A stretch of DNA of 64,000 nucleotides from Candidatus Dormiibacterota bacterium (GCA_035534915.1 DATLQZ010000005.1:6123-70122), one strand, 5' to 3'; positions 35,785 to 45,850 are shown, counted from the stretch's first letter. Notes: generated by a model not told the origin, from the letters alone. A program made the numbers and translations.

Positions 35785-36654
35785 ATGGACACATCTCTGC
35801 CAACCGAGCGCATCGCGACCTTCTCCATCGCCGCCACCGATGGAGTCGACTGGGGAGTGGCCGTGGCCTCCAAGTTCTTGGCGGCGGGCTCGGTGGTCCC
35901 GGCCGCCGCCAGTGGCGTGGGTGCCATCGCCACCCAGGCGATGGGGAACACCTCATATAAGACGGAGGGCCTCAGGCTGTTGCGCGAAGGCGCCTCCGCC
36001 GCCTCAGTTGTGGAGATGCTCACCGAGGCCGACCCGGAGCGGGCTCACCGTCAGCTCGGGGTCGTGGACCGTACTGGGCAGGCCGCGAGCTACACCGGGT
36101 CCGCCTGCTTCGACTGGGCGGGGTCCAAGACGGGACCGGGTTTCACCTGTCAGGGCAACATCCTGACCGGCCCAGAGGTGGTGGACGCGATGGCGGCCAG
36201 CTTCGAGGCGAGCAGCGGTCCGTTGGCCGGGAGGTTGCTTGAGTCCCTGAGGGCCGGCGACCACAGCGGCGGGGACAGTCGCGGCCGGCAGTCTGCTGCG
36301 CTGTTGGTGGTCAGATCGGGGGCGGGCTACGGCGGCTTCGACGACCGGATGATGGACCTGCGGGTCGACGACCATCCCCAGCCAATCCCGGAGCTGGAGC
36401 GGCTGGTGCGCCTGTGGCGCCTTCACTTTGAGACCCCCAACGTGGCGGAGATGATTCCCATCGACGACAAGGTACTAAAACTCCTGCGCTCCGGTCTGGA
36501 GCGGCGCGGTCGGCTGAGTGGAGCGGTTTCAGATGAGCAGGTGCTGGACGCATTCCAGCGCTGGGCGGGCATGGAGAACCTCGAGGAGAGATGCACGAGT
36601 CGGAAGCTGGTCGACCCGTTGGTGCTGTCTGCGCTCGCCGACGCCGCCGGGTAA
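35785..36654 (+). CDS. DUF1028 family (Ntn-hydrolase-like) protein with C-terminal peptidoglycan-binding-like domain
   Basis: ATFSIAATDGVDWGVAVASKFLAAGSVVP...GAIATQA...GGDSRGRQSAALLVV matches DUF1028 from memory. ATG 35785 is used; the track ORF starts inside the neighbouring gene. Confidence 0.75.
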   Translation: MDTSLPTERIATFSIAATDGVDWGVAVASKFLAAGSVVPAAASGVGAIATQAMGNTSYKTEGLRLLREGASAASVVEMLTEADPERAHRQLGVVDRTGQAASYTGSACFDWAGSKTGPGFTCQGNILTGPEVVDAMAASFEASSGPLAGRLLESLRAGDHSGGDSRGRQSAALLVVRSGAGYGGFDDRMMDLRVDDHPQPIPELERLVRLWRLHFETPNVAEMIPIDDKVLKLLRSGLERRGRLSGAVSDEQVLDAFQRWAGMENLEERCTSRKLVDPLVLSALADAAG

Positions 36655-36695
36655 CTGACTGCGGCGCTCTGCAGCTGGCGAGGAGTGGAGTCCGC

Positions 36696-37784
36696 TTAGC
36701 TGCCTGACTCGGCCAGGTCGCGACCCTGGTATCCCCAGCCAGCCTGAGCGGACGCGGCCCCGGTCGGGCCATCAGCAAGTCCTACTCCAGACCCCCATGT
36801 GGCGGGATTGCGTCGGGCCAGCCGACTGGGAATGAGCTGAGCCCCGATCGCACAGATGAGCCAACCGAAGAAGAGGGGGAGCCCGAATCCCCAGATATCC
36901 TTCGCCATATAGAAGTGGAAGTCCTGAGCGTCGACGTACTGCGTGGCGGTCATCATCAGGCCGACCACCCCGAAGGCGAGATTCACCAGGACGAAACCCT
37001 GCGCCAGAATTCGCGGCCGCTCCAGGCGGAATCGATCCAGCGGCGGCAGCTCTGCTGACGGGGCAGCGGACCGTCGCCAGCCGAACCAGAGGTTGCCGAG
37101 CATGATCGCCCAACAGATGGCCCCCACCGTGAAGACCACGATCCCGAACGCCACCATGTCCTGCTGAACGGCGACGGGCAGACCCTGGGTGCCCGCGTAC
37201 ACCCCTTCATTCAACAGCAGACCCCCACCGGTCAGGAAGGTCCCGCCGAGGACTCCGCTGACCACCACGGCGGTCCAGTTTCCAAGCCGCCTCTGCTGCG
37301 CCGCGAAGGATCCCCCCATAGCACCGAGGGTCTTCCACAGGAGCGGTGAGCTGAGCGCCCAGATCATCCACGGCGGGACGATCGCCGGCAGCCAGTCGAC
37401 GGCGAGGTTGAAGTGGAAGTCATATCCATCCCAGGCTCGCAGAAGGACCATGGCTCCCCATACCAGCATGGTGTAGACCAGCAGATAGACCGCCGCGCCC
37501 ATCACCAGCTCAAAGCGCTTCGCCACCAGGCGCTGGAGCCCGCCGTCTGGGTCTTGCAACCAGCCGGCCACCTTCCAGTAGAGAGGGCCGGCAAGAATCA
37601 GGATGACCCCGACCGGGGTCGCCCAGGGCAGGATGTCCATGACCAGGTTGAAGTGGAAAACATAAGGGTTGGCGACCTTGAGCAGGACCATGATGGCCCA
37701 CACCACCAAGACAAATGTGATCCCGAGCATCACCGCCGCGGTGACCACCTCAAAGCGCCGCTTGATCAGGGTGTCCCAGCTCAT
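36696..37784 (-). CDS. hypothetical polytopic membrane protein made of three internal repeats (FHF motif)
   Basis: 362-aa ORF with three ~70-aa modules. Each is RF-E..., TM, PY/GY/AQ-x-FHF(N/Y), then TM. Confidence 0.65.
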   Translation of the reverse strand: MSWDTLIKRRFEVVTAAVMLGITFVLVVWAIMVLLKVANPYVFHFNLVMDILPWATPVGVILILAGPLYWKVAGWLQDPDGGLQRLVAKRFELVMGAAVYLLVYTMLVWGAMVLLRAWDGYDFHFNLAVDWLPAIVPPWMIWALSSPLLWKTLGAMGGSFAAQQRRLGNWTAVVVSGVLGGTFLTGGGLLLNEGVYAGTQGLPVAVQQDMVAFGIVVFTVGAICWAIMLGNLWFGWRRSAAPSAELPPLDRFRLERPRILAQGFVLVNLAFGVVGLMMTATQYVDAQDFHFYMAKDIWGFGLPLFFGWLICAIGAQLIPSRLARRNPATWGSGVGLADGPTGAASAQAGWGYQGRDLAESGS

Positions 37785-37851
37785 CAGCCTGCAATGTTAA
37801 CGGCCCGGCCCCGGCCCATTTCCGTCTCCTCCGAGCTCATAACCGCGTTGC

Positions 37852-38181
37852 TCAGGCGCCCAATCCCCGAAAGACGAGGATCATCCCCAAAAGCAGCAGC
37901 ACGACGGAGACCAGCGCCAGGCAGCCGAAGTCGAAGCTGAGCAGGATCCGAAAACGGGTTCGCATCTCACCAAGCGCGGGAGACCGCAAAGGACGGCCAA
38001 CGGGGACGAGCGGACCCGAGCGTGGGAGTTCTGGGGGCTCCTTCGCCCGGCGCCCCCAGATGCTGCGCAAACTCAACCCAGCGCCGAAGGCCATCAGCAT
38101 CCCGACGGCCAAGATCAGGAGTCCGAGCCCAACGCTGCCGCGGGCAGCGCCGGCCAGGAGCAGGAAAACTCCAACGGTCAC
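37852..38181 (-). CDS. hypothetical small membrane protein (3 TM)
   Basis: 109-aa hydrophobic ORF in the same orientation as the cta cluster. Confidence 0.45.
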   Translation of the reverse strand: MTVGVFLLLAGAARGSVGLGLLILAVGMLMAFGAGLSLRSIWGRRAKEPPELPRSGPLVPVGRPLRSPALGEMRTRFRILLSFDFGCLALVSVVLLLLGMILVFRGLGA

Positions 38182-38205
38182 GGAAGTTGACCGATGGCGC
38201 GGGCC

Positions 38206-38424
38206 CTAACGGAGGGCGCGATATTCCCTGCGGGCGTCCCTAATCCAGCCCCCCAGCGCCACCAACAAGATGACCAGCCCCGTGATGACCACAACCAACT
38301 TGGTGATGACCCCGATCAAGGACATCGCAACACCGACCGCGAGTAGCGCCGGCCAGAAACTGGGACCCGGAAGGTGCTCCTCCTCGTGCTCCGGCCGCTC
38401 CCCAGCGGAGGTTTCATCAGCCAT
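38206..38424 (-). CDS. putative cytochrome c oxidase small subunit (CtaF/subunit IV C-terminal-half-like)
   Basis: 72 aa with an acidic N-terminus and two TM helices. HLPGPSFWPALLAVG resembles the SPHSWWP motif of actinobacterial CtaF. Lies downstream of ctaA. Confidence 0.5.
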   Translation of the reverse strand: MADETSAGERPEHEEEHLPGPSFWPALLAVGVAMSLIGVITKLVVVITGLVILLVALGGWIRDARREYRALR

Positions 38425-38512
38425 GAGCCGCTCCTAGGTACAAGGTGGCCCAGGCGAAAGCTACCACCAGCATCAGAAATGCGATCACGGTAAGGATGAT
38501 CCCAAACCGCAT
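38417..38512 (-). CDS. 31-aa single-TM micro-ORF (not in the ORF track)
   Basis: Encodes MRFGIILTVIAFLMLVVAFAWATLYLGAAHG between ctaA and the 72-aa gene. Its stop overlaps the next ATG (ATGGCTGA). Confidence 0.4.
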   Translation of the reverse strand: MRFGIILTVIAFLMLVVAFAWATLYLGAAHG

Positions 38513-38538
38513 GTTGCCGCCCGCAGACCGTCGCTGCA

Positions 38539-39540
38539 CTAGCCCTCCTCCGTCGATGAATCAGTGCCCATCTTAAGACTCTTGCCGCCGCCGGACCGAA
38601 GCGCGTCGGACGGCTGCACGCCGAGACCTGGTGCTGCGTCCGCTGCTGCCAGCCAGCCGATGCTGGCCAGAGCAACCACCGCCGCCCAAATCGCGGCCGC
38701 CAGAGCGATGTGGAGATCCTGAAGCACGGCCGGTGCCGACATGGTCGCCACCAGCCCCCCGACCGCGATCTGGGCCAGCAGAAGTATTCCAACGAGGTCC
38801 GCTACCAGCCTGGCGCCGGGAATCGCCCGCCAGCGCCGGGCGACATGCATGACGAAGAGAACGATGAAGATCGAGACCACCAGCACTGTCAGCCGGTGTG
38901 TGTACTGGATGGTGACGAGCGGTCCGGGCACGCCGCGCGCGGAGCAGAAGGGCCAGGATGGGCAGGAGTATGTCGCTCCTCCGTCAACCACCATCGAACC
39001 CGAGATCAAGAGCAGGAAGGTCATCGCGACCGTGGTGTAGCCCAGGGCACGCAGCCGCCGACCGACCGTAGGCACCACGGGGACAAGGACCGCAGCTACC
39101 GTGATCCAAGTCACCGCCAGGAAGATCAGCCCGAAGAGCAGGTGCAGAGCGACCGTGAAGGGGGCGTTGTGGGTTACAACCGTGATCGCACCCAGGGCAA
39201 TTTGAATGGCAATTACACCCAGGGCTGCGGTCGCCGGGATCAGCACAGAACGCCGCTCGCGAGCGAACGTCCAAGCGGCCACGGCCGTCAGGACCACCAG
39301 GACAGTGACCAGAGCCACCATGTAGCGATGGGACTGCTCAAGCAGTGAGTGGAAGCGATCGATCGGGCCTAGCTGCCCGTAGCAGAGCGGCCACCCGGGA
39401 CACCCCATTCCGGACTCGGTGACCCGAACCGTGCTCCCCAGAATTATCAGAAAGTAGGTCACGACGCCGGTCCCGACCGCCAGCACCGGCAAGATCCAGG
39501 TGGGCCGGCGTCCGCTCCCGGACGGCGCGGCCAAACTCAC
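38539..39540 (-). CDS. ctaA: heme A synthase (COX15/CtaA)
   Basis: 333 aa, about 8 TM. GSTVRVTESGMGCPGWPLC plus conserved His pairs. Overlaps the ctaD stop by 4 nt. Confidence 0.9.
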   Translation of the reverse strand: MSLAAPSGSGRRPTWILPVLAVGTGVVTYFLIILGSTVRVTESGMGCPGWPLCYGQLGPIDRFHSLLEQSHRYMVALVTVLVVLTAVAAWTFARERRSVLIPATAALGVIAIQIALGAITVVTHNAPFTVALHLLFGLIFLAVTWITVAAVLVPVVPTVGRRLRALGYTTVAMTFLLLISGSMVVDGGATYSCPSWPFCSARGVPGPLVTIQYTHRLTVLVVSIFIVLFVMHVARRWRAIPGARLVADLVGILLLAQIAVGGLVATMSAPAVLQDLHIALAAAIWAAVVALASIGWLAAADAAPGLGVQPSDALRSGGGKSLKMGTDSSTEEG

Positions 39541-41195
39541 GGCAGAGCCGCACCCGGTGGATTGATCGGCTTGCCCGAGAGTCGGTAGTCCCGCAACGGT
39601 CGGTTGCTCTCGACTGGGGGCAGCTCACGGTCAAAGTTCTGGGGTGGTGGCGGCGAGGTGGCGAACCACTCCAGGGAGTTGCCCTCCCACGGATCGTTCA
39701 CCGCCGTCTTCGGACCGTGCAGGGAGATCGCCACGTTGTAGAGGAAGATCATGATGGCGACCGCGATGATGTAGGAGCCGATCGTCTCCAGCAGGTTGAG
39801 AGGCCCCCATCCAGTGCTGGGACCGTAGGTCGCGATCCGCCGGGGCATCCCCATCACTCCCAGGAAGTGCATCGGCATGAAGGTGAGGTTGAAGCCGATG
39901 ATCAGCAGCCAGAAGTGCCACTTGCCCAGCCTCTCGTTGAGGTAGCGGCCGAACATCTTGGGCCACCAGTAGTAGAGACCGGCGAACAGCGCGAACAGCG
40001 ATCCGCCGACCAGCACATAGTGGATGTGGGCCACGACCCAGTAGGTTCCGTTGATCTCATAGTCGATCCCCAGCGAGGCCAGGAACACTCCGTCGAGCCC
40101 TCCGATCAGGAACATGAGAATGAAACCGACGGCAAAGAGCATGGCGGCTGAATACCGGATCGACCCGCCCCACATCGTTCCCAACCAGTTGAAGATCTTG
40201 ACCCCGGTCGGGACCGCGATCACCATCGTCGCCCCCATGAAGAAGATCTGCACTGGCAGAGGCATTCCCACCGTGAACATGTGGTGGCCAAAAACCATGA
40301 AGCCAAGCACACCGATGGCGGCCATGGACATCGCCATGGCCCGGTAGCCGAAGATCGGCTTGCGGGTGAAGACCGGCAGGATCTCAGAGATGACCCCAAA
40401 GCCCGGCAGAACCATGATGTAGACCGCCGGGTGGGAATAGAACCAGAAGATCAGCTGATAGAGGATCACATTCCCGCCCCCGCTGGGATTGAAGAAGTTG
40501 GTGCCCAACTGCCGGTCCAAAAGAACCATGGCCAGCGCTGCCGCCAGGAACGGAGACGCCAGCAGAACCAACGCCGAGGTCACTTCCATCGCCCAGACGA
40601 AGAGCGGCAACCGGAACCAGGTCATGCCGGGCGCACGCATCCGGTGGATGGTGACCAGGAAGTTGACGGCCCCCATCACCGAGGCGATGCCCAGGATGTG
40701 GAGCCCCAGGATCCAGAGGTCCTGACCGACCTGCGGCGAGTAGAGCTTCTCAGTCAGCGGCACATAGCCGGTCCAACCGGCGGCGGCGCTGCCGCCGAAG
40801 AAGAAACCGCTGTACATGACCAGCCCGCCCAGAGGGATCAGCCAGAAGGCGAAGGCGTTGATCCTGGGGAAGGCCATGTCCTTGGCTCCGATCATCAGCG
40901 GGAGCATGTAGTTGCCAAAGGCGCTCCACACCGGGACCACGAACAGGAAGATCATCGTGGTGCCGTGCATCGTGAAGAGCTGGTTGTACTGCGAGGCGGT
41001 GAGCAGGTCGTTGTTGGGCTGGGCCAGCTGGGTCCGCAGGAGCAGCGCCATCAGGCCCCCGATCAGGAAGAAGACAAAGGTCGTGTACAGGTACAAGAGC
41101 CCAATCCGCTTGTGGTCAGTGGTCGTGACCCACTCCCAAACAGCCTGATAGCTGCGGGGAACAGGGCGGGTGAGCGGAAGTTCAGCTGCTGCCAT
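39537..41195 (-). CDS. ctaD: cytochrome c oxidase subunit I
   Basis: 552 aa. TDHKRIGLLY, FFGGSAAAGWTGY, WFYSHPAVYIM and GHHMF are heme-copper oxidase motifs. Confidence 0.97.
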   Translation of the reverse strand: MAAAELPLTRPVPRSYQAVWEWVTTTDHKRIGLLYLYTTFVFFLIGGLMALLLRTQLAQPNNDLLTASQYNQLFTMHGTTMIFLFVVPVWSAFGNYMLPLMIGAKDMAFPRINAFAFWLIPLGGLVMYSGFFFGGSAAAGWTGYVPLTEKLYSPQVGQDLWILGLHILGIASVMGAVNFLVTIHRMRAPGMTWFRLPLFVWAMEVTSALVLLASPFLAAALAMVLLDRQLGTNFFNPSGGGNVILYQLIFWFYSHPAVYIMVLPGFGVISEILPVFTRKPIFGYRAMAMSMAAIGVLGFMVFGHHMFTVGMPLPVQIFFMGATMVIAVPTGVKIFNWLGTMWGGSIRYSAAMLFAVGFILMFLIGGLDGVFLASLGIDYEINGTYWVVAHIHYVLVGGSLFALFAGLYYWWPKMFGRYLNERLGKWHFWLLIIGFNLTFMPMHFLGVMGMPRRIATYGPSTGWGPLNLLETIGSYIIAVAIMIFLYNVAISLHGPKTAVNDPWEGNSLEWFATSPPPPQNFDRELPPVESNRPLRDYRLSGKPINPPGAALP

Positions 41196-41211
41196 GGTGA
41201 CTGGGCCCTCT

Positions 41212-42114
41212 TCAGGTTGTCAGGTGCTGGATGTAGCTCTGGTATTGCGCCATCGGGACGACCTTCACCGTGATCAGCATCTGATCATGGCCAACTCCAC
41301 AGAATTCGTAGCACTGGCCCCCGAATGTTCCCACCTGGCTGCCCTCCAGAAACGCGTGGTTCACGATCCCAGGGAGAGCGTCGATCTTGGCTCCCAGCTG
41401 CGGTACCCAAAAGCCGTGGATCACGTCCAGAGACTCAGTTGAGATCTCGATCGGCACATTGACCGGTATCTCGAGGGTCCTCAGGGAGTACTTGCCGTTG
41501 GGGTAGTAGAAGGTCCAGTAGAACTGACGGCCGACCACTTTGATGTGCACCTCCTGCCGTGCCGCGGGGCTGGCGGGGCTTGGGCCGTGTCGGAGGTAGC
41601 CAACGTTGACCGCATTAAGGACGAACAGCGCGACCAGGACGACCAACGGGCCTATGGTCCAGGCCAGCTCCACACGGTTGTTGCCGTGGACCTGCTTGGG
41701 CATCTCGTCAGGTGACCGGCGGCGGAAGTGGATCGCCGCATACAGGATGGCCCCACCGACCCCCACCAGCACCACGATTGAGCAGATGAGGAAGACGGTC
41801 CAGATCATGTCGATGGTGTTGACGGGCGGCCCACCACCGTTCAGGAAATTGGTGTTGCCCGCAAAGACGGGGAGGGCACCGACCGCCGCCGCGAGACCGG
41901 CGGCCACACCGGCGACCGCCAGCTTGCCTCCGATCCAGCTCCGCCCTGAGTTCAACCTTTTCTCCCGCACCGCACCACCGGACCGAGTCGGGGCGACTGG
42001 CCCTCCCGCGACCGCTGCCGGGGAGTATGCCGATCGTCCGATCTCACTGTCAATCTTGATTGCGACCCCGGGTCGCGGAATGCCCTGGCTAATATGGGCG
42101 GGTAGTGTGGGCAC
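41212..42114 (-). CDS. ctaC: cytochrome c oxidase subunit II
   Basis: CuA site DVIHGFWVPQLG...GQCYEFCGVGHDQM, two TM helices, and a long N-terminal extension. Start uncertain. Confidence 0.93.
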   Translation of the reverse strand: MPTLPAHISQGIPRPGVAIKIDSEIGRSAYSPAAVAGGPVAPTRSGGAVREKRLNSGRSWIGGKLAVAGVAAGLAAAVGALPVFAGNTNFLNGGGPPVNTIDMIWTVFLICSIVVLVGVGGAILYAAIHFRRRSPDEMPKQVHGNNRVELAWTIGPLVVLVALFVLNAVNVGYLRHGPSPASPAARQEVHIKVVGRQFYWTFYYPNGKYSLRTLEIPVNVPIEISTESLDVIHGFWVPQLGAKIDALPGIVNHAFLEGSQVGTFGGQCYEFCGVGHDQMLITVKVVPMAQYQSYIQHLTT

Positions 42115-42131
42115 CAGGCCTAGGCTAGGAG

Positions 42132-44801
42132 GTGGACATGGCTAAGACTTTTTCCACGGATCCGCTGGGAGTGCGGCAGCGCCTCGGAGGGGACGGCCCT
42201 TTCTACTTCAGCCTGGCCCGGCTTAGCGATCAGGGACTTGCCGACCCCGGCTCTCTGCCCATCACGGTCAAGATCTGGGTGGAGATGCTGCTGCGGCAGG
42301 CGGGCGGACCGCACGTGAGAGCTGAGGATGCCCTCTCCATGGCCCGGTGGAACGGAACCTCCAGCTCTGATCAGGAGTTCCCCTTCTTTCCGTCCCGCGT
42401 CCTGTTGCAGGACTTCACCGGGGTTCCGGCGGTGGTCGATCTCGCCTCAATGAGGTCTGCGATGGCGTCCCGCGGTGGTGACGCAGGGCGGATCGATCCC
42501 TTGGTCGACGCCGATCTCGTGATCGACCATTCGGTCCAGGTGGACGCGTTTGGCAGCGCCCGGGCTTACGAGGTCAACCTCCAGCGCGAGTACGAGCGCA
42601 ACTCCGAGCGCTACAGCCTCCTTAGGTGGGCCCAGCAGGCCTTCCACGGCTTCCGGGTGGTGCCACCAGGGATGGGGATAGTGCATCAGGTCAACCTGGA
42701 GTATCTCGGACGCGTTGTCACTCTCAAGGAGATGAACGGCGAGATGACCGCCATTCCCGACACTCTGGTCGGGACCGACTCCCACACCACCATGATCAAC
42801 TCTTTGGGGGTACTGGGCTGGGGGGTGGGCGGGATCGAGGCTGAGGCCGCCATGCTGGGGCAGCCAATGCTGCTGGGCATGCCGACGGTGGTTGGAGTTC
42901 ATTTCAAGGGGCGCCTTCCCGCCGGCGTCACCGCCACCGACCTGGTGCTCCGAGTCACCCAGTGGCTCCGCGCCCATGGGGTGGTGAACAAGTTCGTCGA
43001 GTTCGCCGGCGACGGACTCGACAGCCTGTCATTGGCAGATCGGGCCACCCTCTCCAACATGGCCCCTGAATACGGCGCCACAGCAGCGCTGTTCCCGGTT
43101 GACGCCATTGTGTTGGACTACCTGCGAACCACCGGAAGGAGCCCCGAGCTGGTGGAACTGGTCGAGTCGTACACCAAGGCTCAGGGACTATATCGGACTT
43201 CAGGGGATGCGCTGGCGCAGTACAGCGAACTCCTGGAGCTAGACCTCGGATCCATCGAGCCCAGTCTGGCCGGGCCGAAGCGCCCCCAGGACCGCGTGTC
43301 CTTGGGCGACACCGATCAGAGCTTCGTGGCGAGCTTCCCGCCTCAGCGGCCAGCCGCCTCGCGGCCGGGGGCCGAGGTGCTCGAGGATGGGGCGGTTGTG
43401 ATTGCGGCGATCACCTCATGCACCAATACCTCAAACCCCGGAGTGATGGTGGCCGCCGGCCTTCTCGCTCAGAAAGCCGTTGCCAGGGGCCTCAAACCGC
43501 CATCGTACGTCAAGACCAGCATGGCTCCAGGATCCCGGGTGGTGAGCGACTACCTTTCCCAGGCGAAGTTGCTCGAGCCGCTGGCGGAGGTGGGCTTCGA
43601 CATCGTCGGTTACGGCTGCACCACCTGCATCGGAAACAGCGGTCCGCTTCCGGATGAGGTGGCCAAGGCGGTCCGCGAGCAGGACCTGAGCGTCGCTGCC
43701 GTGCTGAGTGGAAATCGCAACTTCGAAGGCCGCATCCACCCCCAGGTGCGCGCTGCCTACCTGGCGTCGCCGCCACTGGTGGTGGCCTTCGCGCTGGCAG
43801 GAACGGTCCGGCGGGATCTCACCAAGGAGCCGCTCGGACTGGACCGAGACGGCAAGCCGGTCTATCTCAGCGAGCTTTGGCCGACCTCCCAGGAGATCTC
43901 GGAGGTGATCCGTGAGGCGGTGCGCCCAGAGTTTTTCCACCGCGAGTACGAGCGCATCTTCAATGGCGACGAACACTGGCACGACATGGCCTCTCCGACC
44001 GGCCCAACCTATGCATGGAGCGACACGTCGACCTACGTCCGAGAGGTACCCCTATTCGAGGATATGCCAGCTACCCCTCATCCGGTGGCAGACATCCAGG
44101 GGGCCCGGGTGCTGGCCCTCCTGGGCGATTCGATAACCACCGACCACATTTCGCCGGCCGGCTCAATCGCCGCTGACAGTCCGGCCGGGAAATACCTGCA
44201 GGACCAGGGAGTCGAGCCGAAGGACTTCAATAGCTACGGCTCTCGCCGGGGCAACCATGAGGTCATGATCCGAGGAACGTTCGCCAACGTTAGGCTGCAC
44301 AATCGCCTGGCCGGTGACCGCGAGGGAGGGTTTACCACCCATCAACCCGACGGAGCTCCCATGACGGTTTTTGAGGCAGCGGATCGTTATCGGTCCGAGG
44401 GGGTGCCGCTGCTCGTCATCGCAGGCAAGGAATATGGGTCCGGAAGCTCTCGGGACTGGGCCGCCAAGGGCACGGCCCTCCTGGGAGTGCAGGCGGTACT
44501 GGTCGAGAGCTTCGAGCGCATCCACCGCAGCAACCTGGTTGGGATGGGGGTGGTTCCGCTGCAGTTTCTCGCGGGACAGTCCGCGCCGGCCCTGGGGCTG
44601 GACGGAACCGAGAGCTACAGTCTCCTGGACCTGGATCGCAGGTTGGCCCCGGGGGCGACCCTTGACCTCCTGGTGACGTCAGAGGGCGGGTCGACCCGGA
44701 CAATCCCGGTCCTAGTTCGGGTGGATAACGCGACCGAGGTTGAATATCTGCGCCACGGTGGAGTGCTGCCGATGGTGCTGCGGCAGTTCCTCTCCTCATA
44801 G
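42132..44801 (+). CDS. acnA: aconitate hydratase
   Basis: 889 aa. VGTDSHTTMIN, ITSCTNTSNP, GCTTCIGNSG and SGNRNFEGR are aconitase motifs. Confidence 0.97.
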   Translation: MDMAKTFSTDPLGVRQRLGGDGPFYFSLARLSDQGLADPGSLPITVKIWVEMLLRQAGGPHVRAEDALSMARWNGTSSSDQEFPFFPSRVLLQDFTGVPAVVDLASMRSAMASRGGDAGRIDPLVDADLVIDHSVQVDAFGSARAYEVNLQREYERNSERYSLLRWAQQAFHGFRVVPPGMGIVHQVNLEYLGRVVTLKEMNGEMTAIPDTLVGTDSHTTMINSLGVLGWGVGGIEAEAAMLGQPMLLGMPTVVGVHFKGRLPAGVTATDLVLRVTQWLRAHGVVNKFVEFAGDGLDSLSLADRATLSNMAPEYGATAALFPVDAIVLDYLRTTGRSPELVELVESYTKAQGLYRTSGDALAQYSELLELDLGSIEPSLAGPKRPQDRVSLGDTDQSFVASFPPQRPAASRPGAEVLEDGAVVIAAITSCTNTSNPGVMVAAGLLAQKAVARGLKPPSYVKTSMAPGSRVVSDYLSQAKLLEPLAEVGFDIVGYGCTTCIGNSGPLPDEVAKAVREQDLSVAAVLSGNRNFEGRIHPQVRAAYLASPPLVVAFALAGTVRRDLTKEPLGLDRDGKPVYLSELWPTSQEISEVIREAVRPEFFHREYERIFNGDEHWHDMASPTGPTYAWSDTSTYVREVPLFEDMPATPHPVADIQGARVLALLGDSITTDHISPAGSIAADSPAGKYLQDQGVEPKDFNSYGSRRGNHEVMIRGTFANVRLHNRLAGDREGGFTTHQPDGAPMTVFEAADRYRSEGVPLLVIAGKEYGSGSSRDWAAKGTALLGVQAVLVESFERIHRSNLVGMGVVPLQFLAGQSAPALGLDGTESYSLLDLDRRLAPGATLDLLVTSEGGSTRTIPVLVRVDNATEVEYLRHGGVLPMVLRQFLSS

Positions 44802-44805
44802 CCGT

Positions 44806-45843
44806 GTGATCCAGCTCAGCCAGGCTTCCCCGGCTCGACGAGTTCTGCTGGGCGCCGGTGCGCTCGCGGAGTTGCCGGCCGAGGTAGATCGCGGAGGGAT
44901 GACAAAGGTGGTGCTGGTGACCAGTTCAACCCTGGCCAAATCCTCCGCGCTGGTCGAGAGGGTCGAGAGTCTCTTGGCAGGACCCCACCAAGCCACTTTC
45001 ACCGGAGTTGGTCAACACACACCGCAGAGCGCGGTGCACCAGTTGGAGGAGCTCCTCGACCAGACTGGCGCTGACGGGGTCGTCAGCCTAGGAGGCGGAA
45101 GCGTCATCGACGGTTGTAAGGCCGCAATTCACGCTCGCGGTGCGGCCGGCATCACCCATCTGGCAATCCCAACCACCCTTTCGGGCGCCGAGTTCACCGC
45201 CTCAGCCGGTGTGACGGATGATGCGACCCGTAGGAAAAAGGGTCAGGTTGACCCGGAGTCGGCGCCGCGGCGAGTGATCTTGGATCCCGACGCCACCCTC
45301 GCCACTCCCCAAAGCCTCTGGCTGTCGTCAGGGATTCGCGCCCTCGATCACGCCGTCGAGACAATTTGGGCACCTGAGCGAGATCCGCTAACCTCGTTTC
45401 TGGCCAAGGAGTCCATCCGGCGCCTTTTGAAGTTCCTGCCGGAGTGCCAGCAACAGCCGGAGCTGCTTGAGTGCCGCCATGGTGCCCAGATAGCCGCCTG
45501 GTGGGCGGCGCTCGGTCTCGCAAGCAATACGATGGGACCCAGCCACCAGTTGGGCAGAGTCCTCGGCGCCACCTTTGGGATCCCCCATGGGATTACCTCA
45601 TGCATCTTCCTTCCCGCCACGATCGACCATTTCGCCATCACTGAGCCGGCACTTGTGGCCCCTCTGGCGGACCCGCTCGGAGCTTCCCGAGCGGATATGG
45701 TCGGGACAGTGGTCAGAGCCTTTGTCGAGAGCCTGGGGCTACCCACCGCCCTGGCCGCCGCCGGATTCGATCCCGACGACCTTCCCCGCTTCCTCGAGCT
45801 CGTGCCCTTGGAATGGCACTCCATAGTGCGGGCCTGCGTCTGA
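44806..45843 (+). CDS. iron-containing alcohol dehydrogenase family protein (maleylacetate reductase-like)
   Basis: GGGSVIDGCKAA and metal-binding His region. GTG 44806 lies just after the acnA stop. Confidence 0.8.
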   Translation: MIQLSQASPARRVLLGAGALAELPAEVDRGGMTKVVLVTSSTLAKSSALVERVESLLAGPHQATFTGVGQHTPQSAVHQLEELLDQTGADGVVSLGGGSVIDGCKAAIHARGAAGITHLAIPTTLSGAEFTASAGVTDDATRRKKGQVDPESAPRRVILDPDATLATPQSLWLSSGIRALDHAVETIWAPERDPLTSFLAKESIRRLLKFLPECQQQPELLECRHGAQIAAWWAALGLASNTMGPSHQLGRVLGATFGIPHGITSCIFLPATIDHFAITEPALVAPLADPLGASRADMVGTVVRAFVESLGLPTALAAAGFDPDDLPRFLELVPLEWHSIVRACV

Positions 45844-45850
45844 AAAGGCG

